Positions 28,336 to 37,470 of a stretch of 64,000 nucleotides of DNA are shown one piece after another; position 1 is the first letter of the stretch; the number at the start of each line of letters is the position of its first letter. The notes under the pieces were generated by a model. That model saw only the letters and a program-made list of their open reading frames with translations, made no database searches and was not told the origin of the DNA. This DNA comes from Verrucomicrobiota bacterium (lineage in GTDB: Bacteria; Verrucomicrobiota; Verrucomicrobiia; Limisphaerales; AAA164-E04). Made by a program: the position numbers and the translations under genes. The stretch lies in assembly GCA_047947115.1 (NCBI GenBank), contig CP170459.1, positions 1,088,001 to 1,152,000 on the forward strand. The letters are read 5' to 3'.

Positions 28336-29787
28336 TCATGTTTCGCGAGATACCGATTCCAATTCCGATCTACCGAGCCAGTAACACGCCAATGGCGCAG
28401 GGATTTTCAGGAACCGAGCCTTGGCTGTTTTGTGTTGGACGTCCATCACTTGAAAATCAGGCAGCTCTCGGGTGATCACATAGCCTTTCTCTGTGTTTTG
28501 TTGGGCGCAAAATTCAATCAATCCCTTCAATTCCTGGATACCGGTATGTTTGGGTGTCCGATATTTTACTTCAAAGGGAACCAATCTATCCCCTAGATCA
28601 GCAATGATATCCACCTCCTTGTCCCTTTTACCTCGCCAATAAGAAAACCCGATGCTTCGAGCGTAGTAACGAGTGAAGAGGTGCTTGAAAAACGCTGTCT
28701 CGACCGCTCGACCAAGGGCATTCGAATCTTCCAACATTTCTTTTCCCTTCAACAACACGCCCGGCGCAATGGCAGCATCCGCCAGATAAACTTTTGGAGA
28801 CGCTTTCAACACCTGCTTGCCATATCCAAGTGGTAGTAATCGATGAATCAGATGTGTGTTTTCCAGTAGTTCGATGAAGTTTCCTACTGTAGGTCGTTTT
28901 AGCTGAAGGCTGGAACACAAATCCTGTAAATTGAGCAATCCACCATCATGCAGACAAAGATAGAGGAACACCTGTTCCAACTCCACGACACGACGAACGC
29001 CGAATAACGCCGTCATATCCCGCTTGAGTACTTTATCCACGATGTCCTCACGCAGAAGTTTTTGTGCGAGAGAAATGCTTTCCATCTGAGCCGTCTGCGG
29101 AAAACCGCCTCGCAACAAATATTCGTGGAATAAGCCGACGAGTGGACGGCCCACTTCGCCCCATTTTACAAACTCATTTGCATCCCACGAAAACAGTTCC
29201 AAAAACGAATGGATGGCGGGTAAGGGAGGAATCGGCGTTTTGCGAATTTGCAGGTATTCAAAAAACGACAAAGTTGCCAGTCGAATGGTCTGCCATCGAC
29301 CCACTCCTGATTCCTGTCCCTCTGTGACCAACGGTGTGGCGGATCCGGTTACGGCAATGCGACGACGCTTTACAAAATCAACTTGATGCTTCAACCAAGT
29401 CTGCCAGCCTTTCACCAACTGAATTTCATCGAGAAAAAGATACTCTGGTCCTTCGCGAGCGGGTTCAAACTCCCGCCATAGATCCAACAGGTCATCCAGC
29501 CCGATCTGTTTCAAAAGAGGGTGGTCAAAGGTCACATAAAGGATGTTTGTCGGAGCAACCCCTTGATCTAACAAGACGTCTATTGCCTGGAGGTAAAGTG
29601 TCGTCTTGCCCACCTGCCGTGCTCCGCTCAGAAGGAGAGCACGACCAGCGGGAGGATTCTGCGCCCAAGCCGAAATCTCCCTGAACGCGGCCCTTTTCCA
29701 TGTCGGCATGTCCGGAAAACGACCGCCTCTCCACCAAGGATTAAACTGACGAAGCACCGCAAAAAGCTCTGTTTTTGGAACAACCAC
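28336..29787 (-). CDS. AAA_14/DUF4143-type ATP-binding protein
   Basis: GARQVGKTT, FLDEIQ, TGS, GGFP, KVYLAD, C-terminal EVD..PFEVK nuclease-like motif. Confidence 0.88.
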   Translation of the reverse strand: MVVPKTELFAVLRQFNPWWRGGRFPDMPTWKRAAFREISAWAQNPPAGRALLLSGARQVGKTTLYLQAIDVLLDQGVAPTNILYVTFDHPLLKQIGLDDLLDLWREFEPAREGPEYLFLDEIQLVKGWQTWLKHQVDFVKRRRIAVTGSATPLVTEGQESGVGRWQTIRLATLSFFEYLQIRKTPIPPLPAIHSFLELFSWDANEFVKWGEVGRPLVGLFHEYLLRGGFPQTAQMESISLAQKLLREDIVDKVLKRDMTALFGVRRVVELEQVFLYLCLHDGGLLNLQDLCSSLQLKRPTVGNFIELLENTHLIHRLLPLGYGKQVLKASPKVYLADAAIAPGVLLKGKEMLEDSNALGRAVETAFFKHLFTRYYARSIGFSYWRGKRDKEVDIIADLGDRLVPFEVKYRTPKHTGIQELKGLIEFCAQQNTEKGYVITRELPDFQVMDVQHKTAKARFLKIPAPLACYWLGRSELESVSRET

Positions 29788-29954
29788 TTAGAAAAACATA
29801 AATAAAATACCATTTAATGCAAGTATACATTACATAAAAGACATCATTTGTGATTTTCTCTTTTCTTTGTTCCAGTTCCGGTTTTGGATGTCAGTCCTGA
29901 CTATTGACGCAATTCAATCTCGCAATTCAGGTGACAGATGGCTAAATAGGTCCC

Positions 29955-31094
29955 TTGCATTATTTCGATCACAACGCCACCGCCCCCATGAATGTGGTTG
30001 CCCGGGACGCTTGGCTGGAGGCTGTTGAGCAGTTTCCAGGTAATCCTTCCAGTTTGCACCGTATCGGTGCACGTGCAGACAAGGCATTGGAGGATGCCCG
30101 TCAGGTGATGGGCGATCTGCTTGGTTGTTCACCTCTGGATGTGGTGTGGACCAGTGGTGCCACCGAGTCCAACAACACCATCTGGTATCACCTGTCTCAA
30201 ACTCTGCCGGAGGATGCCACGGTTTGGGTGGCCTCCATCGAACATCCCTGTTGCCTGGAGAGTGCGAGATACTGGATGGGAAACCGTATTGTCTGGATTC
30301 CTGTGAGCGAACAAGGTGTGGTTGAATCAAGTTGGCTCGATTCGCAAATTCAAAACGGCAGACCTCATTTGGTTTGTGTCATGGCGGCCAACAATGAAAC
30401 CGGATGCCTTCAACCCTGGGAATCCGTTCGTCAATGGTGTGCCGGGCAAAAAGTTGCTTTTTTCTGCGACGCGGCACAGTGGGTCGGTCGTTTGCCGATG
30501 CGTGGCCTTGGAAAATGTGATTGGGTGTCTGGTTGCGCCCATAAATTTGGAGGACCCAAAGGAATTGGATTTCTCAAATGCCCTTCCGCCGGAAAACTGC
30601 AATCCTTGTTACGGGGAGGTCCCCAGGAGATGCAGCGGCGTGCCGGAACGGAAAACGTGGCAGGAGCGATCGCCATGGTGACGGCTTTGAAAGCTCGTGA
30701 AGAGGAACTGACCATCGAAAAGCTATCAGAGCTGAAGAATGTTCAAGTAACCTTCGAATCCTGGTTGCGAACCGAAATGCCTGATGTCCGGGTGTTGGGT
30801 GATGAAGTTCCCAGGCTCTGGAATACGACAACGGTGGTCATGCCTGATACGGATTGTCGCATGCGTTGGGTGGTCAAGCTGGACAAAATGGGTTTTGCCG
30901 TTTCCTCGGGTTCGGCATGTGCCAGCGGAAAGGAGCAGACTTCTCACGTAATGGAGGCCATGGGCGTAACGGGTGCAGCTGCTTCAAGAGTGTTGCGGTT
31001 CAGTTCCGGTATGAAGACGTCCCTCGAAGACTGGCGAGCTTTGCTCGATGCGGTCAAACAGATCCAATCCATATCGGATGAAGCTAAAGTCTGA
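29955..31094 (+). CDS. Second cysteine desulfurase-family protein
   Basis: YFDHNATAP, DAAQ, AHKFGGPKG, SSGSAC; TTG start. Confidence 0.9.
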   Translation: MHYFDHNATAPMNVVARDAWLEAVEQFPGNPSSLHRIGARADKALEDARQVMGDLLGCSPLDVVWTSGATESNNTIWYHLSQTLPEDATVWVASIEHPCCLESARYWMGNRIVWIPVSEQGVVESSWLDSQIQNGRPHLVCVMAANNETGCLQPWESVRQWCAGQKVAFFCDAAQWVGRLPMRGLGKCDWVSGCAHKFGGPKGIGFLKCPSAGKLQSLLRGGPQEMQRRAGTENVAGAIAMVTALKAREEELTIEKLSELKNVQVTFESWLRTEMPDVRVLGDEVPRLWNTTTVVMPDTDCRMRWVVKLDKMGFAVSSGSACASGKEQTSHVMEAMGVTGAAASRVLRFSSGMKTSLEDWRALLDAVKQIQSISDEAKV

Positions 31095-31126
31095 AGATGT
31101 GTGGATCCAGAAAGGTAGATCGAAGC

Positions 31127-33214
31127 ATGAAGTGGTTATGGACCATTTTGGTTTTGCTGGCAATGCAGGTTGGAGCAGAGGAGATCACTGATTCCGCTTC
31201 AGCGTTGCATCGTGCTCTGGGTGATGAACCCTTGCGGGATCATGTGCGGAAGCTGGACCATTTACAGTCACGCACCCGGTTCCTGGAGCAGTGGAATGTA
31301 TGGATGGTGGAGTTCTTCGTGGAAGATGAACGGATCGCCATGTTGACGCTGAATCGTGAAGGAGAAGTTTTGGAACGCGCCTTGAATCGGTCGGATGAAG
31401 AAGAGGTTGTGCATCGCGTCGATGAACTCCGGCAGGAATTTGCCCATGCAAAACGTATCGGAAATGAGGCCGAGGTTCGGGAGATTCAGGAACTGCTCAA
31501 ACGTCTGGAGCGATCCCATCCTTTCGCCGGGCAGGAGGTGGATTTGGAACAGGTGCTTGCGACGGTTCACGGATTGGGTGGTTATGGCATGGGGTTGATT
31601 CGTTGGGCACCGGTTGAGGGAGTTTCTGGTACCCAGGTGATGGTGGAACGTGAGGAGGATGGACGGTGGGTTCGGATCGAGTCGCTTCCTCTGCGTCAAG
31701 GACGATGGATCGACCACGATGTTCGGGTGGGTGAAACCGTTCGTTACCGCATTGGATTGATGGCGCCCGAGCGAGCATTCAGCACAAAACGCATCATTGA
31801 GATCGTTCCCAGGCAGTTGGATGATTCGAAGATGCCAGTCTATACCGTTCAAATCCCGAAAGAAGGATTGGAGCGCATGCTGGCGGATGTCACGGAGGAC
31901 ATTGAGATGGATGGCACGTTCATGCTGAACAAACAGCGATGGCCCATGGAGGTACGACTACGCGGAGCCAGCACCCGGCATGCGGTTAAAAAGAGTTATC
32001 GCATTCAGTTCAAAGAAGGATCTCCCTTTTCAACCGATGTCATCTATCTGAAAGCTGAACCCATGGACCACACGCTTCAGCAGGAAAAACTCTCCTGTGA
32101 TTTGTTCCTCCAAAACGGCCTGCATTGTTCGGAAGCCAGGTATGTGAATCTGGTTATCAACGGTCAATACCAGGGTGTTTACCTGGACATCGAACCTATT
32201 CGCTCGCCATTCAAAAAGCATCCCGGCCTGGATCCGGATGGTGTGCTGATCCGTGCTTCCACCTTTGGTTCTGCCGACCAAAAACCTTTGGGTGATTTAC
32301 GCGGTAAGGGGGATGGATTGAAGCAATTGGAAACGTTTTTGAAAGAGGCTCAAAGCGTATCCAATGCCGACTTCAGCGCTTGGGTAAAGGAAAATATGGA
32401 TTGGCCTCGTGTGCGTGATTATCTCGCGATGCAGGTCCTTTGTCATCGTTCGGAAATTGAAGCCAATGATTACTTCTTTTATCAGGATCCGGGCACCTTG
32501 AAGTGGTCCTTTATTCCATGGGATCACAACAACGGAAACTTTGCCGTGGCCGCTTTCGAGAACCGGGTGTTGGAACCACGCATTCCGGTCTTTCCACAGA
32601 CCATTCAGGATATCGGATGGCAACCGAATTATGCCTACCTGATCCATTCACGCATTTTTCGTCAGCTCGATCTGCGGTTGGATTACTTGAACCGGCTGCG
32701 TGAATGGACGAGGAAATGGTTGCTGGAAGGAAAGATTGAGGGGCTGATTGAAGCCAATCATCAGCAAATACTGGAAGCGTATCCAGTGGATCCATACCGC
32801 ACGCCGTACCATGAAAAAGATCCGTTTCTGAGTGCTGCCGATGATCTGAAAACATTTGCCAAGCAACACGGACGCCGTTTGATGGAGTTGATTGATCATG
32901 CACTGGATGAACCCAGGCAAGTTGAAGTGGATTTTATCCAAAGGGATGGCGATGGTTGTCGGTTGAGATTGAAAAACGTCGGTCAGGAACCGCTGTCACT
33001 CCAGAACCTTCGTTTTGTATTCAAGCATGGCGAAAAGATCGTACGTCCCGCATGGCGAAAAACAGGTTCGCTTACGAACGGTCAGACCATCGAAATTGCA
33101 TTCGAAGAAGGTTTCCGCACCGGAGGTTTGTTTTGCGTTTTGCCGGTTCGTGGTGCGGATGATCGGGAACGAGAGATCCCAATGGATTTTTGTGTTATCC
33201 CGCCGATGGATTGA
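31127..33214 (+). CDS. Secreted CotH-family kinase
   Basis: Signal peptide; RGASTR..KKSYRIQF, YVNLVINGQYQGVYLDIE, IPWDHN. Confidence 0.85.
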   Translation: MKWLWTILVLLAMQVGAEEITDSASALHRALGDEPLRDHVRKLDHLQSRTRFLEQWNVWMVEFFVEDERIAMLTLNREGEVLERALNRSDEEEVVHRVDELRQEFAHAKRIGNEAEVREIQELLKRLERSHPFAGQEVDLEQVLATVHGLGGYGMGLIRWAPVEGVSGTQVMVEREEDGRWVRIESLPLRQGRWIDHDVRVGETVRYRIGLMAPERAFSTKRIIEIVPRQLDDSKMPVYTVQIPKEGLERMLADVTEDIEMDGTFMLNKQRWPMEVRLRGASTRHAVKKSYRIQFKEGSPFSTDVIYLKAEPMDHTLQQEKLSCDLFLQNGLHCSEARYVNLVINGQYQGVYLDIEPIRSPFKKHPGLDPDGVLIRASTFGSADQKPLGDLRGKGDGLKQLETFLKEAQSVSNADFSAWVKENMDWPRVRDYLAMQVLCHRSEIEANDYFFYQDPGTLKWSFIPWDHNNGNFAVAAFENRVLEPRIPVFPQTIQDIGWQPNYAYLIHSRIFRQLDLRLDYLNRLREWTRKWLLEGKIEGLIEANHQQILEAYPVDPYRTPYHEKDPFLSAADDLKTFAKQHGRRLMELIDHALDEPRQVEVDFIQRDGDGCRLRLKNVGQEPLSLQNLRFVFKHGEKIVRPAWRKTGSLTNGQTIEIAFEEGFRTGGLFCVLPVRGADDREREIPMDFCVIPPMD

Positions 33215-33242
33215 TCACACGTGAGCTACAAGGCGATTGGGT

Positions 33243-33498
33243 CGCCCCTTCAGGGCTCGGTGTAAGGTGAAATTGGATACCCAGGGCGATGCCCTGGGCT
33301 GGATTAGGGTGCACCTTTGATGCGTTGGAATGGAATCCTGTTGGGATAATTGATGATGCACGTTTTTTCACCTTTTTCCTTTTTGAATAATTAATCGAGT
33401 ATTCGCTCGAACCACGCCCCAACGGGGCATTCTACATCAGCCCGGGGCATCGCTCTGAGAATTGTCGTTTCCAATCATTTCAAAGCCCTGTAGGGGCG
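33243..33498. repeat. Inverted pair of about 85-bp REP-type elements
   Basis: 33243-33325 (cgccccttcagggc..cccagggcgatgccctgggct) and its inverted homolog at 33414-33498. Confidence 0.75.
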
Positions 33499-33593
33499 TT
33501 CCAGGAAATGCCACAGTCTCGTGCAAAAAATTAAGGGCTTCATTCCACCGTATTCACCATTGAAACAAGGCTTCACTCCGGTAAAATATCCAC

Positions 33594-34694
33594 ATGATTT
33601 ACGATGCATCCATGGATGCTTTGATGGAGAAGGTGTGGGAAGGTCGGCGCGTTTCTGCTGATGATGCGCGTAGATTGTATACATTACCGTTGGAAGAGCT
33701 GGGTGCGTTGGCTCATCGCCGGCGTCTGTTGGCCAAGGAAAAGGCTTATGAAGGGCGTGGTAATGACATCATCACCTACAATGTCGACCGCAATATCAAC
33801 TACACTAACATCTGCAATGTGTATTGCAAGTTCTGTGCGTTTTACCGGACGGAAAAGGATGTTGATTCCTATGTGATCACCAAGGATGAACTCGATCAGA
33901 AGATCGAGGAAACGGTGGCCCTGGGTGGGACGCAGATCCTGATGCAGGGAGGGCATCATCCTTCGTTGGATTTGGATTGGTATTTGGACACGCTTTCCCA
34001 CATCAAATCGAAGTTCCCTCAGGTCAACATCCACGCTTTCAGTCCGAGTGAGTTCATTCATTTCCAAAAGCTATTTGATCTTCCGATGGAGGATTTGCTG
34101 AAGCAGTTCAAGGAGGCGGGACTTGGTTCGATACCCGGAGGTGGAGGAGAAATTCTGGTGGATCGTGTACGCAACCGAATTGCTCCGCTCAAGGCGACGA
34201 GTGATGAATGGATGGGTGTGATGGATGCCGCCCATCGTATCGGGTTAAACTCCTCGGCGACCATGATGTTTGGACACGTAGAGACATTGGATGACCGTAT
34301 TGAGCACCTTGAACGCGTTCGATCCCAGCAGGAAGCCTCAGGAGGATTCACCGCGTTCATTGCCTGGACCTTTCAGTCGGAAAACACCAAATTGAAGGCA
34401 GAGACAGTCGGGGCTCATGAATACCTCAGGATGCAGGCGCTGAGCCGCATCTATCTTGACAATGTCGAAAACATCCAGAGTTCCTGGGTCACGCAAGGGC
34501 TCGAAGTGGGTCAGGTGGCCTTGACCTATGGTGCCAACGATCTTGGCAGCATCATGATCGAGGAAAACGTCGTCAGCCAGGCCGGGACAACGTTCCAGAT
34601 GACCGTTGCCGACATGCACCGACTGATCCGTGATCTTGGATTTGAACCAAGGCAGCGGGATAATTGGTATCGATTGGTTGAGTCAGCGGGTTAA
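33594..34694 (+). CDS. mqnC: Cyclic dehypoxanthinyl futalosine synthase (radical SAM)
   Basis: DRNINYTNICNVYCKFCAFYR, QILMQGG, PGGGGEIL, ATMMFGHVE, IEENVV. Confidence 0.92.
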   Translation: MIYDASMDALMEKVWEGRRVSADDARRLYTLPLEELGALAHRRRLLAKEKAYEGRGNDIITYNVDRNINYTNICNVYCKFCAFYRTEKDVDSYVITKDELDQKIEETVALGGTQILMQGGHHPSLDLDWYLDTLSHIKSKFPQVNIHAFSPSEFIHFQKLFDLPMEDLLKQFKEAGLGSIPGGGGEILVDRVRNRIAPLKATSDEWMGVMDAAHRIGLNSSATMMFGHVETLDDRIEHLERVRSQQEASGGFTAFIAWTFQSENTKLKAETVGAHEYLRMQALSRIYLDNVENIQSSWVTQGLEVGQVALTYGANDLGSIMIEENVVSQAGTTFQMTVADMHRLIRDLGFEPRQRDNWYRLVESAG

Positions 34695-35049
34695 ATCTTG
34701 TCCAGCATGCGTTACTGAACATTCGGTGGACCTGGAACCGAGGCTATCGTTTCTTGTCTTGTGACACATGCTGGTCAAGGCGAAACGACCACTGGGCCGT
34801 AATATCTCATTCTAGCGGAGGCCAATCTTCAGTTGATAGAATCAGAAAGGACCATTGAAGAGGCCTTGATGGACAAGGGGTATCACAGCAACGCATTATT
34901 GGAACGGCCCCCAAGAAGAGTTTTTAACGGCGGAGTTGGGATGAGCGAAAAAGTGTGTTGTCAAATGCCTGGAATAGTTAGGACTGACCCCTGAAATTGA
35001 TAATCGGTATTGATGTTGCTTGAGGATGTGGTAGGGTGGTGGGCTCATT

Positions 35050-36420
35050 ATGACGTTGACTGAAAAAATTCTGGCTCGAGCCGCAGGGAAGGCTCAGGTC
35101 CAAGCTGGTGACAATGTTTGGGTCAAAGCGGATACGCTCATGACCCATGATGTTTGTGGTCCCGGCACCATTGGTGTTTTCAAACGCGAATTTGGCGAAG
35201 ATGCCAAGGTATGGGACAAGGAACGCATTGTCATTATCCCCGACCACTACATTTTCACCGCCGATTCTCGTTCAAATCGCAATGTCGATATCCTGCGAGA
35301 ATTTGTTAAACAACAGGACATCAAATATTTTTATGATGTGATTGATGATCCTGACGGGAAATGGGTGTTTAACCCTGACCAAGGTCTGCTGAAGAAGCAA
35401 TACGGTTCAAATTACGCCGGTGTTTGTCATACCGCACTGGCACATCGTGGTCATACTCGTCCCGGTGAAGTACTTTTCGGAACCGATTCGCACACATGCA
35501 TGGCTGGTGCGTTCAATCAATTTGCAACGGGCATCGGCAACACGGATGCCGGGTTTGTCATGGGCACTGGAAAGTTGTTGATCAAGGTTCCCGAAACCAT
35601 GCATTTCCGCCTCGAAGGCGAAATGCAACAGGGTGTCATGGCCAAGGACATCATCCTGCATATCATTGGCGAGATTGGTTTTGACGGAGCGACCTACCGG
35701 GCCATGCAGTTCGACGGTCCCGGCGCCAACAGCCTGACGGTTGATGACCGCATGACGATTGCCAATATGGCGATTGAGGCCGGGGGCAAAAATGGTATCT
35801 TTGAATTTGATGAGAAAACCAAGGCTTATGTGGACCATCGAACATCCATGAACGGCACACGTCCGAATTACGATCCGGTTGAAAGGGACGCCAACGAAAC
35901 ATTTGTTTCGGAGTTGGTCGTTGATCTCAGCAAGCTCGAGCCCACGATCGCCTGCCACCCTGATCCTGGTAATCGCAAGCTGGCCAAAGAGATGAGTGAT
36001 CTGGTTCTGGATCGGGCTTACATTGGTTCCTGCACGGGTGGAAAGACCAGTGATTTTCTGGCATTTGCCCAAGTGATCAAAGGGAAGTCTGTGGTCATCG
36101 ACACATTTGGTGTGCCCGCCACGCCTGAAATTGTCAACGATCTCAAGACAACCGAGTGGGACGGCAAGAGTGTATGGGATATTCTTTCAGATGCGGGTGT
36201 GCAGATGACTGAAAACGCCGGTTGTTCGGCTTGTCTCGGTGGTCCGGTGGATACTTTTGGCCGTATGAACAAGCCTATGAAGTGCATCAGCGCCACCAAC
36301 CGAAATTTTCCGGGTCGCATGGGGCATAAGGAATCCCAGGTATTTCTGGCATCTCCTGCCACAGTGGCTGCCAGTGCCTTGACCGGTAAAGTGACGGATC
36401 CTCGCGAATATTGGAGCTGA
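35050..36420 (+). CDS. leuC: 3-isopropylmalate dehydratase / homoaconitase large subunit
   Basis: MTLTEKILA, DSHTC, IGSCTGG, CSAC, TNRNFPGRMG; no small subunit nearby. Confidence 0.88.
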   Translation: MTLTEKILARAAGKAQVQAGDNVWVKADTLMTHDVCGPGTIGVFKREFGEDAKVWDKERIVIIPDHYIFTADSRSNRNVDILREFVKQQDIKYFYDVIDDPDGKWVFNPDQGLLKKQYGSNYAGVCHTALAHRGHTRPGEVLFGTDSHTCMAGAFNQFATGIGNTDAGFVMGTGKLLIKVPETMHFRLEGEMQQGVMAKDIILHIIGEIGFDGATYRAMQFDGPGANSLTVDDRMTIANMAIEAGGKNGIFEFDEKTKAYVDHRTSMNGTRPNYDPVERDANETFVSELVVDLSKLEPTIACHPDPGNRKLAKEMSDLVLDRAYIGSCTGGKTSDFLAFAQVIKGKSVVIDTFGVPATPEIVNDLKTTEWDGKSVWDILSDAGVQMTENAGCSACLGGPVDTFGRMNKPMKCISATNRNFPGRMGHKESQVFLASPATVAASALTGKVTDPREYWS

Positions 36421-36456
36421 TCCATTCGACCGCAGGGTCATCGGCCAAGTCGTATC

Positions 36457-37392
36457 ATGGGCTTCAGTAAAAAATCACCTTTCGGACGAGAGAAAGCGCC
36501 TCGAGTGGGTTCCCAATCGAGGCGCTCCACTCAGTCCAAACCGAACATGGTTGCTCCGCATCCAAGCAAGAACGAGGATACCGCATCTGAAACAAAACTG
36601 CGGATCTTCATTCTTCCCAACCTGTTGACTGCTGGTAATCTGTTCTGCGGATTCCTGGCATTGACCAACATTGTGCAGGCAGATCCTGCACGCGACGACT
36701 TCAACAGTATTATTCTTAAAGCATTGTTGTTAATATTGTTGGCTTGTTTGTTTGATTTATTCGACGGACGCGTTGCCAGGATGGGCGGGGTGGAAAGTCC
36801 ATTTGGTCGTGAGTTTGATTCGCTGGCGGACATTGTTTCCTTTGGGGTGGCCCCTGCGTTTCTGGTTCACCGGATTGTCTTGAAGGATGTTTTTGTGCAG
36901 CATGAGGAATTCGGTTGGTTCATTGCTTCAGTTTATTTGATATGTGGAGCGCTCAGGTTGGCACGATTCAACGTGATGGCGGCTGAACCCAGCTCTGAAT
37001 CGAGCAAGGAGTTCATGGGTTTTCCCATTCCTGCCGCTGCGGGATTGGTGGCATCTCTGACACTTTTCCTGATGTGGTGGGAGGACAAGGGATTCTCCAC
37101 CGGCCAATGGCGTTATATCCTGCCTGTGCTGCTCATCTTCCTGTCGATGATGATGATCAGTGAAGTGAAGTATCCGTCCTTCAAGGGGATCGGTTTTCGC
37201 ACACGGGGAAGGTTTACCACTATCGTCGGTGCTATTCTGTTCATCGGTTTGATCTTTATCATGTGGAATAAGATTCTGCCGATTATTCTGCCCATTATCT
37301 TCACCGCCTATCTTGTCTATGGATTCATTCGTTTACGGCTGCCCCGCAACCGTCTGCGAGAAATTGAAGAGGAAGAAGATTTGGAACTGTAG
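36457..37392 (+). CDS. pssA: CDP-diacylglycerol-serine O-phosphatidyltransferase
   Basis: LPNLLTAGNLFCG, DGRVAR..FGREFDSLADIVSFGVAP, RLARFN. Confidence 0.9.
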   Translation: MGFSKKSPFGREKAPRVGSQSRRSTQSKPNMVAPHPSKNEDTASETKLRIFILPNLLTAGNLFCGFLALTNIVQADPARDDFNSIILKALLLILLACLFDLFDGRVARMGGVESPFGREFDSLADIVSFGVAPAFLVHRIVLKDVFVQHEEFGWFIASVYLICGALRLARFNVMAAEPSSESSKEFMGFPIPAAAGLVASLTLFLMWWEDKGFSTGQWRYILPVLLIFLSMMMISEVKYPSFKGIGFRTRGRFTTIVGAILFIGLIFIMWNKILPIILPIIFTAYLVYGFIRLRLPRNRLREIEEEEDLEL

Positions 37393-37470
37393 GCTGGGTT
37401 GGATTAACTTTGACATCCATCCTCTCGGATATTAAGAATCTGGTATCGTCTTTGCTACACCAATAACATC

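Noticed and set aside
28339..28354. 'VSRET' at the ATPase C-terminus as a third parS
   Set aside because: The DNA (TGTTTCGCGAGATACC) has four mismatches to parS and is not palindromic
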